Shown: positions 1 through 8,567 of the stretch, piece by piece
Numbering within the stretch: position 1 is the stretch's first letter
How the letters are laid out: each line of letters starts with the position of its first letter
Source: Spirochaetales bacterium
GTDB taxonomy: Bacteria > Spirochaetota > Spirochaetia > SZUA-6 > RPPD01
Direction: 5' to 3'
Length of the DNA: 64,000 bases
NCBI GenBank assembly: GCA_016929065.1
Contig: JAFGJO010000034.1
Location: forward strand, 691 to 64,690
The notes under the pieces: generated by a model
Seen by the model: only the letters and a program-made list of their open reading frames with translations
Told to the model about the DNA's origin: nothing
The model's database searches: none
Program-made: the position numbers and the translations under genes

Positions 1-49
1 ATCTGTCATGTACTTTTTGATTTTTCTGCGCCTCTTTGGGAAATATTGC

Positions 50-1303
50 TTAATTATAAAACTTCCGGCCGATATCCTTCCTGTACCAGGCGCCGATAAA
101 CCGTACTTTGTCGATATGTTTATAGGCATTTGCCGCGGCGGCTTTCAGGTCTTTGCCGAATCCGCTGACCGTAAAGCAGCGGCCGCCGCCGGTAAACACG
201 TCTTTGGCGGAACTGAAATATGTCGATGCGTGAAAAATCACCGCTTCGTTTTCATCCGGGGCTTCGATCGGCATGACCGGGATTCCCTTTTCATAATTTC
301 CAGGATACCCGTCAGCGGCCACCACCACAGTGACGGCAGCTTTTTTATGAAATTCAATCTTTAAAGAACCCAGTTTTTCTTCGAATATTGCTTTTAGAAT
401 TTCACCGAAATCCGTTTTTATCAGCGGCAGCAGTACCTGTGCTTCCGGATCACCGAAGCGGATATTATATTCAAGGACCTTTGGGCCATCTTTTGTTACC
501 ATAATGCCGAAGTATACAATTCCCTTATAGCCGATCCCGTCTTTCTCCAGGCCTGCAAAGGTGGGAGCAACAATGTCATTTTCGATTTTCTTCATGAGTG
601 AACCGTCAACTTTGGGAACAGGGCAGACCGATCCCATCCCGCCGGTATTGGGGCCTATGTCGCCGTCATTCGCTTTTTTATAGTCGGCACAGGGAAGCAG
701 CAGCTTGTAGTCTTTGCCGTCAGTCAGGGCAAAGACTGATGTCTCCCATCCTTCAAGAAATTCTTCAACCAAAAGTGAATCGTCATGAAGTACATTTTTT
801 CCAAAATCAATGAGTTCCATGGTATCGGAGGATTCCAGAACTCCCTTGCCTGCGGCAAGCCCGTTTTTCTTGATCACCATTTTTTTGTCGCGGTTGCTTA
901 AAATATAGGATTCAAATTCACCGGCGCTGAAAAACTCGATCCCGGCTGCGGTGGGAATTTTATGTGCTTTTAAAAACTGTTTTGAATACAGTTTGCTTGA
1001 TTCCAGCTGTGCAGCAGACTGGTTTGGACCAAAAACCGGGATGCCGGCTTCCTGTATGGCATCAACAACTCCTTCTGCGCAGGGTGCTTCGGGGCCGACA
1101 ACCACCCAGTCAATCTGGTGTTCTTTTATGGCTGCAAGTATTGCCCCTGCATCAAGCGGAGAGACCCCGGTCAGGTTTCTTCCCAGCAGGGCGGTTCCTG
1201 CATTGCCTTCAGCGATATAAATTGACGTAATAATTTTGCTTTTTGACAACAGCCAGGTGACCGCATGTTCCCGTGCACCGGATCCGACAACCAATACTTT
1301 CAT
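50..1303 (-). CDS. purD: Phosphoribosylamine--glycine ligase
   Basis: MKVLVVGSGAREHA N-terminus, VVVGPEAPC, GLAAGKGV, GPNTGGMG, EYNIRFGDPE motifs; last complete gene of the pur cluster in the window. Confidence 0.97.
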   Translation of the reverse strand: MKVLVVGSGAREHAVTWLLSKSKIITSIYIAEGNAGTALLGRNLTGVSPLDAGAILAAIKEHQIDWVVVGPEAPCAEGVVDAIQEAGIPVFGPNQSAAQLESSKLYSKQFLKAHKIPTAAGIEFFSAGEFESYILSNRDKKMVIKKNGLAAGKGVLESSDTMELIDFGKNVLHDDSLLVEEFLEGWETSVFALTDGKDYKLLLPCADYKKANDGDIGPNTGGMGSVCPVPKVDGSLMKKIENDIVAPTFAGLEKDGIGYKGIVYFGIMVTKDGPKVLEYNIRFGDPEAQVLLPLIKTDFGEILKAIFEEKLGSLKIEFHKKAAVTVVVAADGYPGNYEKGIPVMPIEAPDENEAVIFHASTYFSSAKDVFTGGGRCFTVSGFGKDLKAAAANAYKHIDKVRFIGAWYRKDIGRKFYN

Positions 1304-1367
1304 TATACACCTCTTGATTATTTATATATTATTTTTGCAAAAAGTTGAATTCCCCAGAGCAGTTTTT

Positions 1368-1934
1368 TTATTTTTGTATTTTATCCAGTTCCTGGATGAC
1401 GATTTTGGGAAAATATTCATGTTCCAGCGCGTGAATGGCTGCTTCTGTTTCCTCAATGGTCATCGATTCCGGCCGCGAAATTGCTTTCTGAAAGAGAACA
1501 GGGCCGGTATCGACGCCTGCATCAATTTTGATAATTGAAATCCCGACCTCTGGATCATTCGATTCAAAACTGCGTTGTATCGCATCGACACCCGCATATT
1601 TCGGGAGCAGAGATGGATGAATATTGAGGATTTCGCCCTGAAAACGGGTTAAAAAGTATGAGGTAAGGAGTTTCATAAAACCGGCAAGTGCGATCACAGA
1701 AATATCATGTTTTTTACAGAGAGAAAATATTTCTTTTTCAACTTCTTCCCGGTCCCTGTTTTTATATGAAACAAGATACGTCCTGATCCCCAGTTTTTTT
1801 GCCCGTTCAAGTGTAAAGGCCGATGAGTTGTTGCAGAGCAGAAATTCCACCGAGTGGCCGGTTTTCTGCACCGCTTCTGCTATCACCTGAAAATTCGAAC
1901 CATTGCCGGACGCAAAAACAGCGAGGTTAGCCAT
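1368..1934 (-). CDS. purN: Phosphoribosylglycinamide formyltransferase
   Basis: AVFASGNGSNFQ, LAGFMKLL, NIHPSLLP, GVDTGP; start moved to the ATG at 1934 (MANLAV), which overlaps the purM stop. Confidence 0.96.
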   Translation of the reverse strand: MANLAVFASGNGSNFQVIAEAVQKTGHSVEFLLCNNSSAFTLERAKKLGIRTYLVSYKNRDREEVEKEIFSLCKKHDISVIALAGFMKLLTSYFLTRFQGEILNIHPSLLPKYAGVDAIQRSFESNDPEVGISIIKIDAGVDTGPVLFQKAISRPESMTIEETEAAIHALEHEYFPKIVIQELDKIQK

Positions 1935-2904
1935 CGACACAGTCCCCGATTTTGACAAGGCCGAATCCTGATTGTACGGCAATGTTTTTTAATTGTTTTT
2001 CGTTCTCCGCAGCGGCAATCAGCGCCATCCCGATACCCATGTTGAAGACTTTCCGCATTTCATGATCAGTGATATTGCCGGATTTTTGAATGATCGAAAA
2101 TATTTCGGGGACCTGCCAGTCCCATGAGAGCCGGGGTTTCAGGAAAGAGGGCAATGACCGGACAATATTTCCCACAAGCCCGCCGCCGGTAATATGCGCG
2201 GCACCAAGAATGAGCCCTGTTTCAAGAAGCGGTTTCATTTCCTGTACATATATTTTTGTTGGTTCAAGCAGCAGGTTCCAGGCATTTGTATCAGATTCTG
2301 CGATTGCCTTGCGGGCGAGCGACAAGCCGTTTGAATGAATCCCGGCCGAAGGAATTCCAAGGATAATGTCGCCTGCTTTCATGGCATCTTTTTTGGGCAG
2401 CATTTTTTCTTTTTCGACAATCCCCACGGCAAATCCTGCAAGGTCAAAGTCATCGGCTTTGTAGAGATCGGGCATTTCTGCGGTTTCACCGCCGGCAAGG
2501 ATACAGTCGGCCTGTTCACAGCCGGCAACAATGCCTTTCATGACCTGCTGCAGCAGTTCCGGTTTGAGTTTGCCACAGGCAATATAATCCAGAAACTGAA
2601 TGGGCATGGCGCCTGCCACAACAAGGTCGTTGACGCTCATCGCAACCAGGTCAATCCCCACGGTATCAAATTTCTCAAGTTTTTGCGCTACCAGCAGTTT
2701 TGTGCCCACGCCATCGGTGCAGGAAAGCAGCACGGGGTGTTTGTATTTTGAAACATCAAGTTCAAATCCGCCGGAGAATCCGCCGATGTTTCCGGGAATG
2801 CTTTTGGATTTGATCGATTTGATAAAGTCGACGAATCGATCACCGGCCTCGATGTCAACACCGGCATCGCGGTAGGTAATTGATGAATGGTTGCTTTCAG
2901 CCAT
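1927..2904 (-). CDS. purM: Phosphoribosylformylglycinamidine cyclo-ligase (AIR synthetase)
   Basis: TYRDAGVDI, TDGVGTK, GGETAEMP, GIHSNG, HITGGG, VFNMGIG motifs. Confidence 0.97.
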   Translation of the reverse strand: MAESNHSSITYRDAGVDIEAGDRFVDFIKSIKSKSIPGNIGGFSGGFELDVSKYKHPVLLSCTDGVGTKLLVAQKLEKFDTVGIDLVAMSVNDLVVAGAMPIQFLDYIACGKLKPELLQQVMKGIVAGCEQADCILAGGETAEMPDLYKADDFDLAGFAVGIVEKEKMLPKKDAMKAGDIILGIPSAGIHSNGLSLARKAIAESDTNAWNLLLEPTKIYVQEMKPLLETGLILGAAHITGGGLVGNIVRSLPSFLKPRLSWDWQVPEIFSIIQKSGNITDHEMRKVFNMGIGMALIAAAENEKQLKNIAVQSGFGLVKIGDCVDG

Positions 2905-4319
2905 TAATCTTTTCTCCTCATTGGGGAATCTTTGACCGGGCAGGGATAGGTGCCGGCAAAACAGCCGTAACAGAAGTCATCGGGATTGTCGACACAAGAC
3001 CGCAGCGAGTCAATCGGCAGAAACTGGACAGAATCCGCTCCGATGAACCTGGCAATCTGGGAGGGTGTCATCCTGTTCGAAATAAGTTCTGACGGGGTGG
3101 GGATATCAATCCCGAAAAAACAAGGGTTTTTTATCTCCGGTGCAGAAAGCCGAAGATGAATTTCCTTTGCACCTGCTTCGCGAAGCAGACTGATGAGTAT
3201 TTTACTGGTCGTGCCCCGAACCATCGAGTCATCAATAATGGTGACCTTCTTGCCGGCAATTGCACGCTTAATGGGATGGAGTTTGAGCCGTACCCCCAGT
3301 TCGCGGGTTTCGGGGGTCGGTTGGATAAATGTTCTGCCGGAATAGTGGTTTCTGGTAAGGCCATGCTCCAGTGGAGTTCCTGATGTGACAGAGTAACCCA
3401 ATGCAGCGCTATTGCCCGAGTCGGGGACAGAGATAACAATATCGCCGTGATGATCGTCGATCGCAGCAAGCGCCGCGCCCAATTTTTTCCGGAGCATATG
3501 CACCGAATACCCGAATACAGTGGAGTCGGGACGGGCAAAATAAATGAGTTCAAATATACACTGGCCTTTTTGGTTTACCGGGGCCCATTGAACACGATCA
3601 ATCCGGCCGTTTTTAACAATAATCATTTCTGCCGGTTGTACGTCTTCATGGTCGGGGATACCAAGCGTGTCAAGCGCGCAGGTTTCAGAGGCGAATACAG
3701 TCATGTCAAGCGACTGGCCCATGACCAGCGGCCGGAATCCCAGCGGATCACGGACTGCATACAGGGTATCTTCATGGATAAATATGCCGGAGAATGCTCC
3801 CTGGAGTTTGGGAAGTATTTCCAGCAGTGCTTCACGGAATGTCGCCTTTTCGGAGCGAGAAATCAGATGCAGGATGAGTTCGGTATCGGACGTGCTTTGA
3901 AAAATAGAGCCCTTGTCGAACAGGGATGCCCGCAGGTCATCGGAATTGGAAATGTTGCCGTTATGGGCAAAGGCAATCTGGCCTTTGTTGCAGGCAATAC
4001 AGAACGGCTGTGCGTTTTCGATTTTGTTCCCGCCCTGGGTAGAGTAACGGACATGGCCGATCCCGACTTTGGATGGGTGCTGTTCACCAAGATAATGTGA
4101 CAGAACACCAGAAACCATGCCAAGGCTTTTATAGAAGACCACTTTTTTGTTGCGGTTGTAGGCAATCCCGGCAGCTTCCTGGCCCCGGTGCTGTAAGGCA
4201 AAGAGGGGATAAAAGAGCCGTTCGGGCATGTTGATATCTTTTATGGCCGATATTCCGACAACACCGCAGTGGTGTTTTAAACCGGTTGAACCGGGAGAAT
4301 GATCATGTGTCGTGTTCAC
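2904..4319 (-). CDS. purF: Amidophosphoribosyltransferase (propeptide and Fe-S type)
   Basis: Short propeptide then CGVVG, LQHRGQE, GHVRYST, HNGN, DDSMVRGTT; Fe-S Cys in CIFE, PCFFGID, CYGC; GTG start. Confidence 0.97.
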   Translation of the reverse strand: MNTTHDHSPGSTGLKHHCGVVGISAIKDINMPERLFYPLFALQHRGQEAAGIAYNRNKKVVFYKSLGMVSGVLSHYLGEQHPSKVGIGHVRYSTQGGNKIENAQPFCIACNKGQIAFAHNGNISNSDDLRASLFDKGSIFQSTSDTELILHLISRSEKATFREALLEILPKLQGAFSGIFIHEDTLYAVRDPLGFRPLVMGQSLDMTVFASETCALDTLGIPDHEDVQPAEMIIVKNGRIDRVQWAPVNQKGQCIFELIYFARPDSTVFGYSVHMLRKKLGAALAAIDDHHGDIVISVPDSGNSAALGYSVTSGTPLEHGLTRNHYSGRTFIQPTPETRELGVRLKLHPIKRAIAGKKVTIIDDSMVRGTTSKILISLLREAGAKEIHLRLSAPEIKNPCFFGIDIPTPSELISNRMTPSQIARFIGADSVQFLPIDSLRSCVDNPDDFCYGCFAGTYPCPVKDSPMRRKD

Positions 4320-4384
4320 ACCATAACTTAATGGAATTGAAGTTGATGGTCAACTGTATCGGGTTTGAAAAATCCGGGAAATTT

Positions 4385-4491
4385 TGCAGGGAGGGTATTT
4401 GTGTAAATACCCTCCCTGCACCCACCCAAACCCGCATACTCCTCCATCCATGGAGTCGTAATGCTCCATTATCTTGGTACATCCATGTACC
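4385..4491. repeat. REP-like palindromic cluster between fusA and purF
   Basis: Perfect 16-bp IR TGCAGGGAGGGTATTT/AAATACCCTCCCTGCA (4385-4420, 4-nt loop), then CTC-CATCCATG-GAG (4442-4455) and GGTA-CATCCATG-TACC (4476-4491). Confidence 0.7.
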
Positions 4492-4598
4492 GCTTTTTTC
4501 ACTTTAGGTTCTTTTTAAGTCATAAAAAGTTGAATAGTTTTGCAAAAAAAAAAGTTTCTCTCCCCATGCTCTCTTTGCCTCTGTGTGAGCCGCTTCCC

Positions 4599-6632
4599 TT
4601 ACCCCTGTTTTTTGGAAAAATGCGAGAACTCCATCGCGTAGGTACCCCGGCCCTGGGTGATGCTCCGCAGTGATGTTGAATAACCGAACATCGAAGACAA
4701 TGGCACCTCGGCGCGGACATGTTCGAATGCCGCCTTGCTGGTCAAACTCTGGATAATGCCGTTTCGGGAATTGAGATTGCCGATCACTTCACCGACAAAC
4801 TCCTGCGGCGCGAAAACATCCACAATCATCACTGGTTCAAGGATGACCGGTTCGGCATCGCGGCAGGCAGCGTCAAAACCCAAAGCACCGGCCGCCTCGA
4901 ATGCCATCGGGGTGGATGTCCCTTGGGTGACCACTGCGCTTTGCAGTTCAACCCCGATGTCGATTGTCGGATATCCAAAACCGGGGCCGGATCCCATTGC
5001 GTTTTTAATGCCCTGTTCAACCGCCTCGAGCAGTTCAGCAGGAAGCGTCCCCTCCGGGATTTTGTTGGTGAATGTATTGCCGGTCCCGCGGGTTTGCGGA
5101 AAGATCCTGATTGTGATCTCGGCATTGTGGTCTTTGCCGCCGAGCGAGCGCTGGTATTTTTCCGTATGAACCAGTTGTTTTGAAATCGATTCATGATAGG
5201 AAACCTGCGGCTTGCCGACCTTTGCTTCAACACCAAAATCTTTCAATATGCGGGTCACAATCACGTCAAGATGAAGTTCTCCCATCCCTGATATAATCAG
5301 CTGCCCGGTATCTTCATTTTCCTTGACCGTAAAGGTGGGGTCTTCTTTTGTTAACAGTTCCAGCACTTCCTTGAGTTTGTCGCCCTCAGAATAGGTCTTT
5401 GGCTCGATTGCAACCGAAATAACAGGTTCGGGAAAGGTGATCTGTTCAAGCGCAACCTGGAATCCCTCGCTTCCGATTGTGTCCCCGGTCTGGGCCAGCT
5501 TGAAGCCGACCACCACGGCGATGTCTCCAGCAGAGAGGGTTTCGATATGGGTTGTTTTATTCGCGTGCATCCGGAGCAGACGGTTTGCCCGTTCGCGTTT
5601 TCGTTTGTTGATATTGAACAGTGCTTCACCTTTTTTTATAGTCCCTGAATACATTCTGATAAAACAGAGGCTTCCCGCTTCCTTGTCATTTTGTATTTTG
5701 AACACGAGACCGAGTGCGGGTGCGTCAATCTTGCAGGGAACATCTACTTCAGTCTCGTTTTTAATGTGAACACCTTTCATTGCCGGAAGCTCATCGGGTG
5801 CAGGCAGGTAGTCGAGTACTGCATCCAGAAGCGGCTGAACACCGATATTGCGCAGGGACGCGCCGCAGAGGACCGGAGTAAAATCACGGTTGATGGTTCC
5901 CTGACGGATTGTCTTTTTGAGCAGCTCTATCGGAATTTCTTTGCCCTCAAGATACAGATCAGCGATCTCGTCGGAATAGGCGGAGAGCGCATCAACGGCC
6001 TTGTCGCGCCAGGCCAGCGCGTCAGCTTTTCTTTTTTCATTGATATCATTGCGGAATAAAGAGACGCCATTGTCGTTCTGGTCCCATTGGATTTCTTCCA
6101 TTGTCAGCAGATCGATCACTCCCTCTACATCCGATTCAATGCCGATCGGAAGCTGGAGGACAAGCGGCCGGGTTTTCAGTTTTTCCTTCATTTCTTCAAG
6201 TACCGCATAAAAATCAGCGCCAATGCGGTCCAGTTTGTTGATATAGGCGATGCGCGGGACAAGGTAATGGTCTGCCTGGTGCCAGACGGTCTCTGACTGG
6301 GGTTCAACACCGCCGACGCCGCAGAAAATGGCGACAGCGCCATCGAGGACCCGGAGGGAACGTTCTACCTCAGCGGTAAAATCAACATGTCCGGGAGTGT
6401 CTATTATGTTTATCTGATGGTCTTTCCAGAAACAGGTGGTCGCCGCAGAAGTGATGGTAATACCCCGTTCCTGTTCCTGTTCCATCCAGTCCATGGTGGC
6501 TTCGCCGTCGTCGACCTCACCGATCTTGTGGCTTTTTCCTGTGTAATAGAGTATCCGTTCTGTTGTTGTTGTTTTTCCGGCATCAATATGGGCCATGATT
6601 CCGATATTCCGGATTTTAGAAAATTCAGACAT
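4599..6632 (-). CDS. fusA: Elongation factor G paralogue (EF-G2-like, outside the str operon)
   Basis: [51 protein letters not shown]; start moved to the ATG at 6632 (MSEFSKIRN). Confidence 0.95.
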   Translation of the reverse strand: MSEFSKIRNIGIMAHIDAGKTTTTERILYYTGKSHKIGEVDDGEATMDWMEQEQERGITITSAATTCFWKDHQINIIDTPGHVDFTAEVERSLRVLDGAVAIFCGVGGVEPQSETVWHQADHYLVPRIAYINKLDRIGADFYAVLEEMKEKLKTRPLVLQLPIGIESDVEGVIDLLTMEEIQWDQNDNGVSLFRNDINEKRKADALAWRDKAVDALSAYSDEIADLYLEGKEIPIELLKKTIRQGTINRDFTPVLCGASLRNIGVQPLLDAVLDYLPAPDELPAMKGVHIKNETEVDVPCKIDAPALGLVFKIQNDKEAGSLCFIRMYSGTIKKGEALFNINKRKRERANRLLRMHANKTTHIETLSAGDIAVVVGFKLAQTGDTIGSEGFQVALEQITFPEPVISVAIEPKTYSEGDKLKEVLELLTKEDPTFTVKENEDTGQLIISGMGELHLDVIVTRILKDFGVEAKVGKPQVSYHESISKQLVHTEKYQRSLGGKDHNAEITIRIFPQTRGTGNTFTNKIPEGTLPAELLEAVEQGIKNAMGSGPGFGYPTIDIGVELQSAVVTQGTSTPMAFEAAGALGFDAACRDAEPVILEPVMIVDVFAPQEFVGEVIGNLNSRNGIIQSLTSKAAFEHVRAEVPLSSMFGYSTSLRSITQGRGTYAMEFSHFSKKQG

Positions 6633-6724
6633 AGTTTGTTTTTTTACTCCAGTATTACCGGACTTTTTAAGGCCCGATATTTCAATTAAAATATTTGTGA
6701 ACAGGAATTTCAATCTTCCATTGA

Positions 6725-6989
6725 AACCACAGATTACACGGATTTCACAGATTTCTCAATACGTTATTTCAAATAAAGCCTGTAAAGGAAGAAAATAATG
6801 AACTATTGATGTTCCTGGATGAAAAAAAGAACAGCTGATATAATTATTTTTGACCACGAAAAAAACGAAATTCACGAAAAAATGTCTATAGATATCAATA
6901 CGGTAAATTTCAGAATGAAAAATATTTTTCGTGTCTTTTTGTGTATTTCGTGGTTAGCTTTCCATTCTTCATAAGTGTAATCTGCGGTT
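6725..6989. repeat. Nested inverted repeats built from 9-bp periodic motifs
   Basis: AACCACAGATTACAC (6725-6739) vs GTGTAATCTGCGGTT (6975-6989), 14/15; inner ACCACGAAA..CACGAAAAA (6853-6881) vs TTTTTCGTG..TTTCGTGGT (6925-6954). Confidence 0.75.
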
Positions 6990-7575
6990 AATTCTTCTTC
7001 GTCGGTATTTTCCTGCAGGCTGCCGCGGCAATTGCCTCGTGCAGTCGTTTTACCTCCGGAATGCCGCAATCCCTGAAGTTTTCCGGATTATCCCAGAACT
7101 CCTCCAGATTTCCCCAGCCTGCATGGGTATACCAGAGGATTTTAATCATCATCTGTACCTTGTCGAGTGCTGCAACAAGCCGTGCTTCCGGTGTTTCCCG
7201 TTTGATCAATTCTTCGAAAAAATCTTTATAGCGGTCCGGAAATCCTTTGAAAAACTGATTGAAAATTGTCTGCTCTGCGTGCCGCTTCGCATTCCCCATT
7301 ATCCCGTCACCAACCGGCATGGGGATGTCCATCAGCAGGGCTTCCGGTAGATCGTGAATCACCGCCATGGTTACCACCTTTTCCCGGTCAAACCCTTCCG
7401 GATATTCATCAAGAAAAAGAATGGCCAGGAGTGTCAGGAAATGGCTGTGCGCTGACACGCTCTCTGGTACCGGTACCCCGCGGAGCAGATATCCCGCACG
7501 CGGGACCCGGTCAAGAGGGTGAATTTGTTTGAATAACCCGAGAATTTTATTTTCGAAGGTTTGTGTGTGTTCCAT
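6988..7575 (-). CDS. HD-domain hydrolase, YfbR/HDDC2-like 5'-deoxynucleotidase family
   Basis: RAGYLLRGV..ESVSAHS, MAVIHDLPEA..D, LDKVQM; start placed at ATG 7575 (7596 also possible). Confidence 0.85.
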   Translation of the reverse strand: MEHTQTFENKILGLFKQIHPLDRVPRAGYLLRGVPVPESVSAHSHFLTLLAILFLDEYPEGFDREKVVTMAVIHDLPEALLMDIPMPVGDGIMGNAKRHAEQTIFNQFFKGFPDRYKDFFEELIKRETPEARLVAALDKVQMMIKILWYTHAGWGNLEEFWDNPENFRDCGIPEVKRLHEAIAAAACRKIPTKKN

Positions 7576-7757
7576 GTATTCCCTTTTTCTATCCATGATT
7601 GTGATGAAGTATAGATGAATCTGAAGAGAAAATCTACCGATTGAAATTTTCCATTCCTCCGCGAGCTTGTGCAGTTCACGCGGGAAATATCTTCCCCCTT
7701 CTCTTTTCCCAAAAAACCGTTTATTATACATTCAATTATCAGCAAGGAGTTTCCCGC

Positions 7758-8567
7758 GTGAATCCAGAATACAAACAGCGCCTGCACACAGCTGCCGCAT
7801 CCATCAAAGAAAAAAGTAATGTATCACCGGAAATCGGCATGATCACCGGTTCCGGTCTTGGCGGGCTCCTGAATTCCATCAAAGGCAGCGATATTCATTA
7901 CACAGATATCCCCGGGTTTCCGAACACCACGGTAGAGGGGCATCCCGGTACATTGAAAGTGAACGACGCCGTTGCAGTCTGCGGGGGAAGGTTCCATTAT
8001 TATGAAGGCCATCCCATCGAGGATGTCGTCTTTCCGGTTTTTTTGCTCCATGCATTGGGGGTAAAAACACTCATCCTCACGAATGCAAGCGGCGGAATAA
8101 ATGCTTCATTTTCTTCGGGCGATATTGCAGTCATTACCGATCACCTGAATATAATGGGCGTCAATCCATTGCGGGAAGTTTATGATCCTGCTTACGGCCC
8201 CCGGTTTCCGGATATCAGTACCGTGTATGCAAAGACACTTATCAGCCTGTGTCATGACATTGATCCACAGCTTAAAGAAGGGGTGTACGCGGCCATGCAG
8301 GGGCCGTCGTATGAGACGCCTGCAGAAATAACAATGCTGCAGACTCTTGGTGCCGATATGGTGGGGATGTCGACGGTTCCCGAGGCCATTACCGCGGGTT
8401 TTTTGGGCATGCAGGTTGCAGGCCTGTCCTGTATTACCAATTTGGCTGCCGGACGTTCTGCCGGTACCCTTTCTCATGAAGAAGTCCTTGCTACGGCAAA
8501 AGCAACCGAAAAAAGGCTGATTACACTCATTTTGAAACTTATCGAAAGGCTTTCTGCACAACCGTAA
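7758..8567 (+). CDS. punA: Purine-nucleoside phosphorylase (trimeric PNP/MTAP family)
   Basis: GSGLG, GRFHYYEG, LTNASGG, GPSYETPAE, VGMSTVPE, ITNLA; GTG start at 7758 after AGGAG. Confidence 0.93.
   Translation: MNPEYKQRLHTAAASIKEKSNVSPEIGMITGSGLGGLLNSIKGSDIHYTDIPGFPNTTVEGHPGTLKVNDAVAVCGGRFHYYEGHPIEDVVFPVFLLHALGVKTLILTNASGGINASFSSGDIAVITDHLNIMGVNPLREVYDPAYGPRFPDISTVYAKTLISLCHDIDPQLKEGVYAAMQGPSYETPAEITMLQTLGADMVGMSTVPEAITAGFLGMQVAGLSCITNLAAGRSAGTLSHEEVLATAKATEKRLITLILKLIERLSAQP

Noticed and set aside
1-9. Possible ATG of a further minus-strand gene after purD
   Set aside because: Only three codons are visible at the window edge.
4320-4598. Purine or ZMP riboswitch ahead of purF
   Set aside because: Hairpins are present but I could not identify the conserved aptamer nucleotides; an Rfam scan would settle it.
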